64,000 nt of DNA from Candidatus Krumholzibacteriota bacterium (GTDB taxonomy: Bacteria > Krumholzibacteriota > Krumholzibacteriia > JAJRXK01), in contig CAVXTH010000002.1 in NCBI GenBank assembly GCA_963764625.1, forward strand, positions 34,554 through 98,553, written 5' to 3'. Position 1 is the first letter of the stretch, and each line of letters begins with the position of its first letter. This document shows positions 19,580 through 31,420 of the stretch, one piece after another. A model generated the notes under the pieces. It was not told the origin of the DNA. It worked only from the letters and a program-made list of their open reading frames with translations, and did no database searches. Both the position numbers and the translations under genes were made by a program.

Positions 19580-19864
19580 GTCCGGCCCAGATCCCATGGA
19601 GTCCATCATCCGCATCGCCGACTTAGCGAGTCCACTATATGGGAAGCGCTCGAGGCAGCTTTCGTAGTGGTGCCGCGCTCGATGGCCGTAACCGATCTGG
19701 CTGTAGCAGAAACCAACATTGGCCAAGGCCATTTCGCGATAGCTCGCGGCCGACGACGAGAGAAGCACGACCACGCGAAATCGGTCGATCCACGATTGGC
19801 GGTCGAGAAACGCTAGGCTGCTCAGGAACCGGGGAATCGCAGACTCAAACTCCTGCTTCTTCAC
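19574..19864 (-). pseudogene. TPR-like protein fragment
   Basis: ALANVGFCYSQIG..ARHHYESCLERFP; no clear start. Confidence 0.45.
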
Positions 19865-20123
19865 GAGCCCAATGCCGTTGTTAGGCGGAGTCTACCGCCA
19901 GTAAGAGAACCCTTCTTGAGCACGGTGCGAGTCTCTTCGAGAGCCTCGGGCGGACTAATGTGCCCTCGTGGCACCACGGTGACGTTCAGGCCCGGTGGCT
20001 CACCCACACAGTCCGATTGGCCCACCACGGCGAGCGCGGGCCCCATGTGCTGGCATGTCGATGAAGACCCCGGGCATGAAGACGATCGGCATGTCTGAGT
20101 GAAGCGATACCCGGGCCGGCCGC

Positions 20124-21266
20124 TCAGTCCGGCTCCCCTCCCAGTTCGATCGGTGCGACATCGGCGGGCCGACCGGCAATGACTGCCCTCACCCGATCGG
20201 TCGCGTCGGGGCCGGCATCCAGCCAAATCGCAACGATCTCCGCCACGGTCCGGTAGACCTCCGCGGCGCGCGCTGCCGGACGGGCGGGCTCGCCGCGCGG
20301 ATCGGGTACCTCCAGAGCAGTGGAGTAGACCGGCCAGTTCTGGAAGTCGAAGTGCGTGATGATGTCCGGCGGACGAACGCCACCGACCCGCAGCACCGTT
20401 CGATAGCGGGAACCGACCTGCTTCACCTTCGAGAGATCACGCACGGAATTCGCGACGCGATAGATATCGAGAAAGGGAACCCGCAGGCTCGCAGGCGACC
20501 ATCCGAGAGAATCGAGGACCGCGACGCCATCGCGCGTCCCGGCCGATCCGTCCAGCGCGACGACCCCACCGATGCCATCCAGTCGCGATGCGAGCAGAAC
20601 CGCCTCCAGCCCACCGCTGGAGTGACCCATGAGGGTCACGTCCTCGGATCGGGCGCCGGGAAAGCGCCGCAGGGCCGCCAAGCCTCGCTCCGCATCCGCC
20701 ATCTGGCGCTGGATGGTCGCGACCCCGAAGCGGAAGCCGCCCTCGATCGTCTCCGGCACCTGACTCACGACGCCGACGATGAATCCCTCCGAGGCGAGCC
20801 GCTCCCAGAGCAGGGTGCTCTCGAGCGACCAGTCTCCCAGACCCAGCAGGTGGAGGACCAGTCGATGGGCCCCCGGCGCCGGCGGGGGATCGCGCCTGGC
20901 GGCGACGGGCAGCCTCGCCAGGGCAGTCCACAACGAGTCACTGGCGGGCGAGAACTGCCGTCGCCCTGTGTCTAGTTCCCGCGCGGTGAGGGCCGCCGCC
21001 CAGTCGGTCGGCCCCCCCGATCCACCGGGTGCCAAGTAGTCCCCGAATCGCAGCAACTCACCACCGGTGTCGGCCGGATACCAGATCAGGAGCCGGCCCG
21101 GTCGCCCGGTGCTGTCAGGATCGATCCAGCGGACCGTGAAGCCGACCCGGTGTGGCCCGTGATGTTCCGGGCTGAGCGGCGCGACAGACTGCCCGAGGGC
21201 GGCTGTTGCCGCCATGGCTATTGCCAGGACAAGGATCACCGGACCGCGGATCGACAGCTGGTTCAT
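20124..21266 (-). CDS. Secreted alpha/beta hydrolase
   Basis: Signal peptide; IWYPA; GHSSGG nucleophile motif. Confidence 0.8.
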   Translation of the reverse strand: MNQLSIRGPVILVLAIAMAATAALGQSVAPLSPEHHGPHRVGFTVRWIDPDSTGRPGRLLIWYPADTGGELLRFGDYLAPGGSGGPTDWAAALTARELDTGRRQFSPASDSLWTALARLPVAARRDPPPAPGAHRLVLHLLGLGDWSLESTLLWERLASEGFIVGVVSQVPETIEGGFRFGVATIQRQMADAERGLAALRRFPGARSEDVTLMGHSSGGLEAVLLASRLDGIGGVVALDGSAGTRDGVAVLDSLGWSPASLRVPFLDIYRVANSVRDLSKVKQVGSRYRTVLRVGGVRPPDIITHFDFQNWPVYSTALEVPDPRGEPARPAARAAEVYRTVAEIVAIWLDAGPDATDRVRAVIAGRPADVAPIELGGEPD

Positions 21267-21506
21267 ATCACGCTCGCTCCGACAGAAGAAGAAGGAGGGA
21301 GGATCGCGGGCATCGCATCGAGGACGACCGTCTTCGAATGCTAACATCGACCTTCTAGTCGCACAAGGGCGGGGTGACGACAACTGGCGCGGTACCGGAG
21401 GTTGCCGGGCGCGCTGCAGACCGTCGAGTCGCCCGACACTCCGTGCCACCGGCACGTTGTCGTGCTCATCCTCGCTTCCGCAGACGAAGAGGGCCGGCAC
21501 CGTGGA

Positions 21507-21654
21507 GTGAGCCCGCGATCAAGTCCATGGGTGTAGATCATGGTCGTCTTCACACTCGAATGACCAAGAGCTCCTGGACGATGCGAATGTTGGCGCCATC
21601 CTCCAGCAGGTGTGTGGCGAAGCTGTGGCGGAAAGTGTGGCAGCTGGCGCGCTT
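21507..21654 (-). pseudogene. intI: intI 3' stub, copy 1
   Basis: [29 protein letters not shown](L)[19 protein letters not shown] with a 1-nt deletion. Confidence 0.9.
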
Positions 21655-22112
21655 CGAATTGAGAGTCCAGAGGCCGATTTCTCATTCTTCCTCTTGCACC
21701 AAACGTATATTTGTATAACTTGAAGTTGCCTCCCCGATTACTCAGGGCTTTCCGTTCCACCGAGCGCGTTGAGCAGGGCTGCTCAGTGCGAGCGGGCCTG
21801 CACCTGCTCACAAGCTTGGGAGAGGTTTCGTGAGCCAGAGAAGGCTGAATCCCTGGGAAGAAACGACAATTTAAAGCAAATCCCACGCGTCCGCTGGCCG
21901 TGAGGGGGAACCCTATGCGCTGCGGACCCGGCTGGAAGGGCATGGAACTAGCCGGGCAGCAAAGCGCAGATTTGGTGAATAAACATGAAAACTCAGATAC
22001 GAGGAAGTCTCAGAGGAATGTCAACCAACTCCGAACGTCGAGACACTTTGGAACGGGCACGGACCAACCCCGAACCGGCAACCACGACCTCCTCTCAAGG
22101 ACCATGACCTGA
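21655..22112 (+). repeat. Conserved intI-upstream module, copy 1
   Basis: Aligns along its length with 41943-42443 and 63540-64000. Confidence 0.9.
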
Positions 22113-22192
22113 AGCGCGGGAGAGGACGTATGACACACATTCGAATCCTGACCCTTAGCTCTATCGCTCCATGCGGGCTCTGATGCTCGATA

Positions 22193-22743
22193 TCACGCTT
22201 TCAAGACCTGATCGAATAGAGCGAGCAAGGTGCTCCAATGACGTTCACCGGCCGCTGCATCGTAGTTTGCAGTATCCCTGATCACAAAACCGTGACGGGC
22301 TGAATAGGTCTCGAGCTCGTAGTCCACCCCGGCTTGGGACAGGGCCTGATCGAGTCGGGACTTCATCTCCTCGGGAAATGACGCAGCCGCGAGTGAGGCG
22401 GCCCCACCCATGCAGTAGCCGGTGGTTCCGATGCCTCCCGGCCTGACTTCGGGCTGAGACTCGAGATAGTCCAAGAATGCTCTCGTGTCGGACATGAGAT
22501 TGGGAAGTGTCGCGGGCGCAAAGAACTTCTCCATGAGGACCTTGCGCTCTTCCGGGATGCGGAACACGGTCTTTGCATTCATCGGTGCGTAGGGACCAGA
22601 GCGATAGAACAGATCTGGTAGGAGCACAAAGTAGTCGTGGGATGCGAGACGCTGTCCTATCTCAAGCATGGCGGCGCGGGATGGTAGACGTAGCTCGGAC
22701 ATGAGCCATCTCTGGTCTTGACCATGACCTTCGAATACGTCAT
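22193..22743 (-). pseudogene. Dienelactone hydrolase with internal deletions
   Basis: LPDLFYR, GYCMGG, ARHGF; segments missing after YVYHP and after AAASF. Confidence 0.75.
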
Positions 22744-22801
22744 GACAACTCTCCCCTACTGCCCGAATCGAGTGCAACTGGGTTCCAGCCTGGCTCCATT
22801 C

Positions 22802-23089
22802 TCACTTCTTTCCCCACCGCCAACGGAGCGGTTCTCCCTTCCACCAGCAAACGGCGAACAGCCCAAGCGTGACCACCAAGCTGTAGAGACCGAATCCCAT
22901 GGCTCCTTTCTCGGGGTGCAGCGCGGGAATCGCTCCCAGGATCAAGACGAAATACACTGCCAGAACGAGCCAACCCTGCCAGGTCGCCGGGAAGCTCCAG
23001 CCCCAGCCATACCGTTTCGCCGAAAACCAGTACCGCTTCTCGGCGTGCTCGCTCAGCCCTCGATGAGTGCTCTCTCTGAGAGTCATCAA
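22802..23089 (-). CDS. Small two-TM membrane protein
   Basis: YWFSAKRYGWGW.PATWQGW...KGEPLRWRWG. Confidence 0.7.
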   Translation of the reverse strand: MMTLRESTHRGLSEHAEKRYWFSAKRYGWGWSFPATWQGWLVLAVYFVLILGAIPALHPEKGAMGFGLYSLVVTLGLFAVCWWKGEPLRWRWGKK

Positions 23090-23302
23090 TTGGGATACCT
23101 CCTTCAGAGCTAGTTGATCCTCAGCAAAATCTCCCCGGGTTCCTCGCTGAACCGAAGCGATGCGAAGCCGAAGGAGCCGTCACCACAGCGGAAGACCTGC
23201 ACCTTCCACTTTTCGTCAGGCGCGAGCAGTTCCTCATAGCTGATTGATCGTTGTGTGGCGGACAAGGCTGAGGTGTCTTCACGCGTTGTGGTCTTGACGG
23301 AG

Positions 23303-24226
23303 TCATCCGTCATCGCTTTTCGCCACCTCCACCCGGTTGCGTCCATTCTCCTTCGCGCGGTAGAGGGCTTGGTCGGCCCGCTGCACCAGCGCGTTCACAT
23401 CTACCTGCCTCATCCCGTCATTCACGGCAACCCCCAGGCTGACGCGAACAGGGATCATTCCCTTCGACGTGTCCACGCGGTCGGCCGCGATACCGGCGCG
23501 GAGCCGCTCCGCCAGGGCGGCGCCACCCTCCCTGCCGCACCCCGGCGCGACGACGAGGAATTCCTCGCCGCCATAGCGGCCCAGCGCATCGTACTGGCGA
23601 AGGAGTGCGAGCATACGTTGCGCCGTCGCGCGGAGCACGGTGTCACCGGCCATGTGGCCGAAGGTGTCGTTGACTTGCTTGAAATAATCCAGATCGACCA
23701 TGATCACACCCGTCGGATGGCGGCCTTCCCGCTTGTCTCTGGCCAGTTCCCGTCCCAGGATCAGAAGTATCTCTTCATGGTTCCAGAGATCGGTGAGAGG
23801 GTCGTGAGTAGCCTTCACCCGCTGGATCTCGCGCGCCGCAATCAGCTCGGTCTGCAGCTCGACGATCCGGCGCCCCGCGCGCAGACGCACCTTCAGTTCG
23901 CTCGAGTTGAACGGCTTGGAGATGTAGTCGTCGGCGCCTGCCTCCATCCCCGCGACGAGAGCCTGTTCACCGATCTTGGCCGTGAGGAGAATGATGTACG
24001 TGTAGGAATTTCTCGCTTCCTTCCGCAGAGCGCGGCATACGCCCACACCGTCCATTCCCGGCATCATCCAGTCGAGGAGGGCGAGCTGCGGGGCGTCATT
24101 CGCCTGCAGCACCTGCAGCGCCGCCAGGCCGTCCGAGGTGGCAATTACTTCGTAGCCCCACTTGCCCAGCTTGGCTTCCAGCAAGCGACGGGTAACCGCG
24201 TCATCCTCGGCGATCACAATCTTCAT
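23303..24226 (-). CDS. Response regulator diguanylate cyclase (REC-GGDEF)
   Basis: LLDWMMPGMDG; DLDYFKQVND; RYGGEEF. Confidence 0.93.
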   Translation of the reverse strand: MKIVIAEDDAVTRRLLEAKLGKWGYEVIATSDGLAALQVLQANDAPQLALLDWMMPGMDGVGVCRALRKEARNSYTYIILLTAKIGEQALVAGMEAGADDYISKPFNSSELKVRLRAGRRIVELQTELIAAREIQRVKATHDPLTDLWNHEEILLILGRELARDKREGRHPTGVIMVDLDYFKQVNDTFGHMAGDTVLRATAQRMLALLRQYDALGRYGGEEFLVVAPGCGREGGAALAERLRAGIAADRVDTSKGMIPVRVSLGVAVNDGMRQVDVNALVQRADQALYRAKENGRNRVEVAKSDDG

Positions 24227-27200
24227 GATGGGGTCCCCCCCACGTATGCATCCAGCTCCTGGGTGAGCTTTCCGAGTTCCAGAGCGAGGGCACTCGCCAT
24301 TTCCTCGGCGCCGGCCAGGTCCTGTTGTTTCCCCATCTCCTCCAGCGCGAGGGCGAGCGCGGCGGCGGCATGCCCTCCGAAAGCTCCGACCGATCCCTTG
24401 AGCGTATGGGCCCTGCGGTGAAGGTCCATGGCATCCCCGTTGCGGATGGCGGCTTGAATCCCCGACAAGGTGCGCAGGCTGTCCCTCTTGAATAGGGATG
24501 CAACTTCCGCCAGGAGCTCCCTATCGCCATCCACGCTGGTCATGGCCACATCGCAGTCGAAACTGGCCGGCGGATCCTCTGAAGCCGGGGAAGCGGTCGG
24601 CGGCTCGCGGCGCAGTGCGGCCATGGCGTCGAGCAACGCTTCGATGCGAAGGGGTTTGGAGACATAGGCATCCATGCCCGCCGCCAGGCACTCTTCTCGG
24701 TCACCCTTCATGGCGCGGGCGGTCAGCGCAATGATCGGGATGTGCCCGCCGCCGGTCTTCTCACGCTCCCGGATACGTGCTGTGGCCTGGAACCCGTCCA
24801 TCACGGGCATTTGTATGTCCATGAGAATGATGTCGAACGAATGCGCGTCGTTTTCTTCGAGATGGGCCAGCACCTCGACGCCGTTCGTGGCGAGCGTCAC
24901 ACTATGACCGCGTTTCTCAAGCATGTTGATCGCGATCTTCTGGTTGACCAGATTGTCCTCGGCGAGAAGCAACCTGAGCGGACGGATGGCTTCCCGCAAC
25001 GTGTGTTCGGGTTACCAGGGGCGCCGTGGCGTCATTCGGTTCCGCTCTTCCAAGTACGGTCATGATCGCGTCGAGGAGGGTCGACTGCTTGATCGGTTTG
25101 GTCAGGTAAGCGGACACGCCCAGCTCTTTGCAGCGGGCGGCGTCACCGCGCTGGCCCGCGGATGTCAGCATGATGATGGCAGGGGTGATGTCAGGAGCCT
25201 GCTGTACGTGCTCGGCCACTTCGTAACCGTCCATACCCGGCATATTGGCGTCCAGCAACAACAGGGGGAAGGGGTCGCCGGCCTGCGTTGCCTCGGCGAG
25301 CATCTCCAGGGCCGACTGCCCCCCGTCAACGGCAACCGGCTGCATGCACCAATTGGTCAACATGTCGGTCAGGATACGCTGGTTGGTCAAGTTGTCATCG
25401 ACCACCAGCACCCGCAGTGCATCCGGAGGCGGCGAATTCAGCATGCTCGGGCTCGCCACAGGCGCCTGTTGCAACCCCATCCGCACGGTGAAATGACACG
25501 TGGTGCCCTGACCCAGCTCACTTTCCATCCATATCCGACCGCCCATCAATTCAACCAGACTGGCCGAAATACTCAGACCCAGGCCGGTCCCACCGTACTT
25601 GCGAGTTGTGCTGGCATCGGCCTGTGCGAACGCGTTGAAGATCCTGGCCTGCGTATCGGCCGACATGCCAGCGCCAGTATCCGTCACGGAAAACTGCAAC
25701 ATGACGGATGACTGATCACCGACCGCTGCTGACAGTTCCCCCGCGTTCTCTACCCGCAGCACGACCTCGCCGCGGTCCGTGAACTTGATGGCGTTCCCCA
25801 CCAGGTTGACAATCACCTGGCGCAGCCGGTCGGAATCGCCCACAACGGCATCCTCGACATCCGAGCGCACGTCGTAGGCGAGCTCCAACGACTTCCTCGC
25901 GGCCCGCAGGGCAAGCGACTGGAGTATGTCTGCCAGAGAGTCGCGCAGGTTGAAGTCAACCGGGTCCAGCTCGAGCATGTGTGCCTCGATCTTGGAGAAG
26001 TCGAGGATGTCGTTGATGACGGCCAACAGCGATTCGGACGACGATTTGATGGTTTGGGTAAACTCCCTCTGTTCGCGCGTCAAGACCGTGTCCATGAGCA
26101 GATCCGTCATGCCCATGACACCATTCATCGGGGTACGGATCTCATGGCTCATGTTGGCCAGGAACTCGCTCTTGGCCAGGTTAGCCGCATCGGCTTCGGC
26201 CATTGCCGCCAACAGCTTCTCCTGGGTCCGCTTGTGCTCTGTGACGTCCCGGCTGATGCCTCTGAAGCCACTCAACATGCCGTCTGCGTCCAGAAACGGA
26301 ACCCCGCCGACCTGAAACACCACCTCATGTCCATCGCGGTGCAGAACTGTGACCTCAAAACCGTCGAAAGCTTTCTCTATCTGAGCTTGCTCACCGAAGA
26401 ACTTCTCTGTTCTGTCAGTTTCAGCTTCCGGCAACAGCGCAAACAGTCTCTTGCCGACAATCTCCTCCGGAGCATAGCCAAGGGAATCCCTGACCTTGGG
26501 GTTGCAGTACGTGAAGACGGCACTTGAATCGACTTCCCATATCCAGTCGCTCGTGCTCTCGGTCAGTGCCCGGAAACGCTCCTCGCTTCTCTGCAACTCC
26601 CGCTCCGCCCGTTTCTGGTCGGTTACGTCGCTATAAATGCCCAAGAGGCCGGAGACTCTTCCCTCAACGTCGCGCAGCGGTACCTTGGAGGTTCGCAGCC
26701 AGATTGTGCTCCCGTCACTCGTGGTCTGAGGTTCCTCGAAGTCGAGTTTCGGTATGTCGGAATCCATCACCCGTCTATCATCGGCGCGGTACAGCTCGGC
26801 CTGTTCGCTCCAACTCATCTGGAAGTCATCCTTGCCGAGCAGGTCCTCGGGACGCGAAAACCCCGCATCTCGCGCAAAGGCGCTGTTGCAGCCGAGATAG
26901 CGACCTTCCCTGTCCTTCCAGAACACGCGCACGGGCACGGTTTCCAGGATGGAGCGGAGCATGTCCCTCGATTCGGCGAGTGCAGCCACGGTCTTCGTGC
27001 GCTCGGTCACGTCGCTGAAGAAGCCAACGACACAGGGCAGGCCTCCAATCTCAACCGGCGCCGTGTTGATGTCCGCGAACAGGATGGTTCCGTCCTTGCG
27101 GATGCACGGGAGGGTCGCGGCCTGTTGAGTCTCTTTGGATGCCGCATGCGCATCGAATGACGCGATCACGGCGGGCAGACTCTCGACGGGATGGATGCTC

Positions 27201-28530
27201 TCGACTGCCATTCCCGTCAGTTCTTCCACTGTATAGCCGAGCATCTTGCATAGCGTCGGATTGGCGTACTGGAACGTGTGCGACTCCTCATCAGCGACCG
27301 CGATGCCTTCGGCCGCACACTCAAACAGAACACGGAATCTCTGCTCCGAATCGCGCAGGGTGACGCCTAAGGCAGCGAGCTCGTCGAACGCCTCGGCGCG
27401 CTGAAGGGCCAGCTCCCGCTGGCGCCCTGCCGCGCGCAACATGCCGCCCATGGCGACCGCGACAAGGACCGTAAAGGCCAGTAAGGCTGCGGCCAGAGCT
27501 TCGTCCTGCCAACCCGGGAATTCCGCCGCGAACGCCGGGGCGGGGCGGGAAACCACCGTCCACCGCCGGTCTGCCACCGCCAGGGACACCCGATCCTCAA
27601 TGTCCAGGGTGTCCTCGAGGGCCGTCGCCGGGGTGTCGATTGGCTGAGTCCGGGATCGGGATGCGTGGAAGTGGAGCAATCGCTCGCCTGCCGGCAGACC
27701 GTCGTCGACCAGGTACAGGTCCAAGCCGGCAGTTTTCAGCCCGCTGAACGCTGCCTCGGCCATGTCGGCAATATGGGTTACGCCAACCGCAAAGCCGACC
27801 AGGGCCTGGCGGCGTTCCGCCATGCTCACCGGAACCGCGCCATGCTCGTATACAGGGAGCACGAAGCAGGAGTTCCAACTCGCCATCCACCTCGTGCTGC
27901 GGAGGCAAAGCAGACCGAAGCCGTCAGCGTCCCCGCGTCCCGCGCCTTCTCGAAATCGGCCATGAGCGCGGGATCTGACCCAAGGTCGAGTCCCAAGACA
28001 GCCCCATGCCCTGTCGCCGGTTCAAGGTAGTACAGTGGGAAGTACTCGTCTCGCCTCGCCGCCGGGGTCGGTGTACCGTCTTCGCCTCGCTCGGTGATCA
28101 TGAATCCGGGCAGGCCATCTTCCCGCGCGTCGGTCTCGAAGGCCTCACGATGGGCGTCGGGTACCCGCGGAATCCATTCCATGGAGTGGAGTTCGGTGTG
28201 CCGTTCGAGCGGCATGCTACAGAAGCTGTGGAACTCCGCTCGGGTCACGTTCTCCGAGCCGCTGAAATAGCTTCCGACCCCTTGAACGATCTCGCATTGC
28301 ACATCGATCATGCCCTGCAGCACCGACGCATACGCCTGGGTGCGACGGTTGAGCTCTTGGTGCATGAAGGCCTGCTCCCGCCGGTTCAGGTCCCGGTAGA
28401 GAAACAGCGACATGGCCAGACCGGTCAGGAGCACCAACCCCACGGCCACGCGGGCCCGGATCTTGGCCCGTCTCCTCGCTGGTTTCCGGTTCGCTGTTGA
28501 ATGATCATTGGTCATCGACACTTTGCTCAC
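24223..28530 (-). CDS. Hybrid sensor histidine kinase (CHASE-PAS x3-HisKA-HATPase-REC-REC-Hpt), broken by indels near 27890 and 25005
   Basis: EYFPLYYLEP (CHASE), FLANMSHEIRTPMNG, GGTGLGL, two REC domains, AHTLKGS (Hpt) across three consecutive ORFs. Confidence 0.88.
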
Positions 28531-28589
28531 TTCCCTATTCGGGATCTACAATCGAAATATCAAGATGAAACCGTGTCCACTGTCCCTGC

Positions 28590-28650
28590 TCTGCACCCGA
28601 AGCAGCTGGCATAACAAGAGGTGCTCGCCTGCTGTCGCGGAGGGTTAGGA
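28590..28650 (-). repeat. Half attC
   Basis: ctgcacccgaagcagctggcataacaag...gcggaggGTTagga, family of 55479. Confidence 0.55.
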
Positions 28651-28894
28651 TGATTCGCACTCGAGGAGCCAAGCACTAGCCCCCTTCGGCCTGGTCGCCA
28701 TCGGGATCGGCCATCCGCATCCCTATCCAGCATCTAGCTGACGATCGCGTAAATCGTGCCCGTAAACCCGATATGGGTTGGAACTTTGGAGTTATCCAAG
28801 TAGATATGCTTATGTTGACTATGTTTCGTGTCCAACTTCCAAACTTTTAGTTGCTGCTTCTGCCTGACCCTCCCAGCCTTTCGTAGACACACAG

Positions 28895-29225
28895 TTAGGT
28901 CAGGTTTCGCATACTCTTCTCGTATTCGACAGGGCTGACCGCCGGGACGCTGAGTCTTCTCGCCTGCGACGGAGGCGGCGGAAGCCCCACCGGCCCCGCG
29001 ATGTTCAGCGTCGACCAGGCCATATTAGCCGAACCTCGAGCAGCGAGTACCGACCCGCATGGAGCCCGGTCCGGTAGGATCAGCGCCATACGAAACCACA
29101 ACACTTCGCCGATGTGCACGCGGTAGATCGGATAGCATTGCAGGCCCGACAAACTCTGGGTGAAGACCCTTCTTGGTGAAAGGAGACCGATCCATAAGCA
29201 GAGCGTAGACGAAGATCTTGCTCAT
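28895..29225 (-). pseudogene. Possible gamma-glutamylcyclotransferase-like remnant
   Basis: MSKIFVYALLMD N-terminus; frame disrupted. Confidence 0.35.
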
Positions 29226-29259
29226 GGGTTCGGGGCTGTTCGTTCAGCGGGGCGACTCG

Positions 29260-29694
29260 CTATCCGGCATGCCCTGGCGGGCTGAACACCCCGAGCTGTT
29301 GCCACATGCCGAGCAGATCCAGCTGCTCCCAAGCCTCGACGATCTTGTCACCTGAGAAGCGGTAGATGGTGATTCCACCAAGAGCGATACGCGTGCCACG
29401 TGGCTCGAGACCCGCCAGGGGGCCGGTGTGAGTCCCGGTGGCGCTCCATCGACCGACGAGGATGTCCTCGCAGGCGTAGATGGCCTCGTAGGTGACGTGT
29501 GAGTCCGGGAACGCAGTCCGGTACATCTTGATCGCTTGCCTCCAGCTCTCTCGATCACCGACACCTTTGGGCATGTGAGGACCATGGTAACGGGCGTCAG
29601 GTGCCATGACCTCGGAACACACGTCCAGTTCGCCTCGATTCCAGATCTCGTCAGCGATCCGCGCAACGAGATATTTCTGATCGTCTGAAGTCAC
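29260..29694 (-). CDS. SnoaL-like ester cyclase
   Basis: AFPDSH, RWSATGTHTG, GDKIVEAWEQLD. Confidence 0.85.
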   Translation of the reverse strand: MTSDDQKYLVARIADEIWNRGELDVCSEVMAPDARYHGPHMPKGVGDRESWRQAIKMYRTAFPDSHVTYEAIYACEDILVGRWSATGTHTGPLAGLEPRGTRIALGGITIYRFSGDKIVEAWEQLDLLGMWQQLGVFSPPGHAG

Positions 29695-29772
29695 GTAGTC
29701 CCTCCCGGTTCAAAACTCTTGTGCCGCCGCTCTGCAGCCAGGTTGACAGGGGTGATCCATCCGCGGCAAACG

Positions 29773-30453
29773 CTAATTAGAGAGAGTCGTCCCCCCGCAT
29801 CTCTTTTTCGCCACCACATGAAAGATCTGCCAGTGCTTCGGTTTTCGCAGCTCCGGCGGGTCATCTTTCTCTTCTTCGTTCAACAACTCGATGTCGAAGC
29901 CCTTCAATAGCTCAAGGACCTCCTCCCGAGAGTGGTGAGTCCGACCGGGGAGCGACGCCCATGTGTCGCGGTCCCCGAAGAATTGACCAGCAAACCGTCC
30001 CCCTGGACGGATCGCCGTTACGATCCTGCTCCATAGAGATGGAAAGTGCGCCGGCTTGCAGAATGGCAAGGCAAAGCTCGCGTTCACCAGTTCGCAGTCG
30101 GGAACCTGCATCTCCGCGAAGTCCACCTCCACTGTAGTCAGCCGCGGCTTCAGCTCCGTACGCACGCGGGGCAGCAGGAGCCTGAACGAATCCGGGTGGC
30201 CATCCGTCGCCACCACCCGCCAGCCACGTTCGAGCAGCTCCAGCGTATCCCGTCCCTCGCCCGCAGCGATGTCAATTGCGAGCCCCTCGGTGATGTCCTC
30301 CCGTGCGAACGAGTCCAGCGCCGCAACCAGCGTCTCGCGCGCCCCTTTCCCCAGGACCGACTCGAAGTACCCCGGCCAGTCTTCTGCCTCAGAATAGTCC
30401 TGCGACTTCATGGGCGGTAAACCCAGGTCATTCGAGCGTTTTGGCTCTAGCAT
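29773..30453 (-). CDS. Class I SAM methyltransferase, copy 2
   Basis: Close paralog of 14869-15525. Confidence 0.85.
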   Translation of the reverse strand: MLEPKRSNDLGLPPMKSQDYSEAEDWPGYFESVLGKGARETLVAALDSFAREDITEGLAIDIAAGEGRDTLELLERGWRVVATDGHPDSFRLLLPRVRTELKPRLTTVEVDFAEMQVPDCELVNASFALPFCKPAHFPSLWSRIVTAIRPGGRFAGQFFGDRDTWASLPGRTHHSREEVLELLKGFDIELLNEEEKDDPPELRKPKHWQIFHVVAKKRCGGTTLSN

Positions 30454-30502
30454 CCATCCCCTCCAATACGCAGTGGACACCCCACAGGAGACTCCGATCG
30501 AT

Positions 30503-31255
30503 TCACCGGTACGCCTGATGCTCGTCGGCCGGCTCGAAGAATATGGGTTGTCCCACCGCAAGGCGCCCGCGTCGAACGACGGTTCCGTAAACACCAGCCT
30601 TGTTGTTCCTGTTCCGAACAACCGCCTTCAGCACCTCAGGTGCAGGGCGTGCCGAGTCAGGGTCGAAGTTTACCATTGAGCAGCGCTCGTCGCGGTAGGT
30701 AACGGCTATGGCAGTGGCCTCGCTAGTTTGTCCGAACGAGAGGAGGCCTCCCACCCATTCGTCCTCTTCGAAAGGAAGTGACCGCAGTGACTTAATCAGG
30801 ATGTTCGGTCGGAATCTCCGGACGTCGGGGCTCTGCGCCGCGAGCCTCCCGATTTCCCCAACCGTAGCGGAGGTAATCACGGAGATGTTCGCTTCGTCGA
30901 AAATGCCACGGTTCAGGTGCATCATTTCGACCGGCAAACCATAACGGCGACCGACGTCCGTTGCCAATTCCTGACCGAACACCGCCAGCTCCGCGCCTTC
31001 TGGCGTACGAACATGCGTCGGGAGGTTGCCATCGGCGACGGGTCCCCGCCGCAGTGGAGCAAAGAGAATCAGCTTCGGGAGCTTGGTGGCGGTCAACCAA
31101 GGGAAGCCGCCGTGATCGTCAACCCGACGGAAGGCCAAGCGCCGGTCGCCGTCAAGACCATGCCAGCCCAGGTCTGCGACGTCCAGAAGTTCGCCACTCA
31201 TGGACTTCACTGGGTACCGGAAGAGCGCTTCCACTTCACCGATTTTTATAGACAT
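30503..31255 (-). CDS. MOSC domain protein
   Basis: YPVKSM, GDRR, RRFRPNI, RCSM. Confidence 0.88.
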   Translation of the reverse strand: MSIKIGEVEALFRYPVKSMSGELLDVADLGWHGLDGDRRLAFRRVDDHGGFPWLTATKLPKLILFAPLRRGPVADGNLPTHVRTPEGAELAVFGQELATDVGRRYGLPVEMMHLNRGIFDEANISVITSATVGEIGRLAAQSPDVRRFRPNILIKSLRSLPFEEDEWVGGLLSFGQTSEATAIAVTYRDERCSMVNFDPDSARPAPEVLKAVVRNRNNKAGVYGTVVRRGRLAVGQPIFFEPADEHQAYR

Positions 31256-31269
31256 GTTCGTTGTCATCC

Positions 31270-31325
31270 GCCTAACGCTTCGCTTCAGCGGCGGACCGCT
31301 TTGCGGGCCGTCTGCTGCAAGGAGC
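31270..31325 (-). repeat. attC (degenerate)
   Basis: gcctAAC..cttcagcggcgg...ctgctgcaag; distal core lost. Confidence 0.55.
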
Positions 31326-31420
31326 CGCAAGGCCGAGCCCGGCGACCGCCGCTAGAATCGCAATGATGGTTCCGATTCTACTCAGATGTTTCCGAGAGCT
31401 CCATTATCCGTCAGCTCAGC

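Noticed and set aside
21341-21943. Minus-strand ORFs through the conserved module (also 41970-42230, 63540-63752)
   Set aside because: Starts, stops and frames differ between copies; shared peptides reflect DNA repeat identity
23255-24421. 388-aa plus-strand ORF and similar long antisense ORFs
   Set aside because: Shadow frames of GC-rich genes with clear motifs on the other strand
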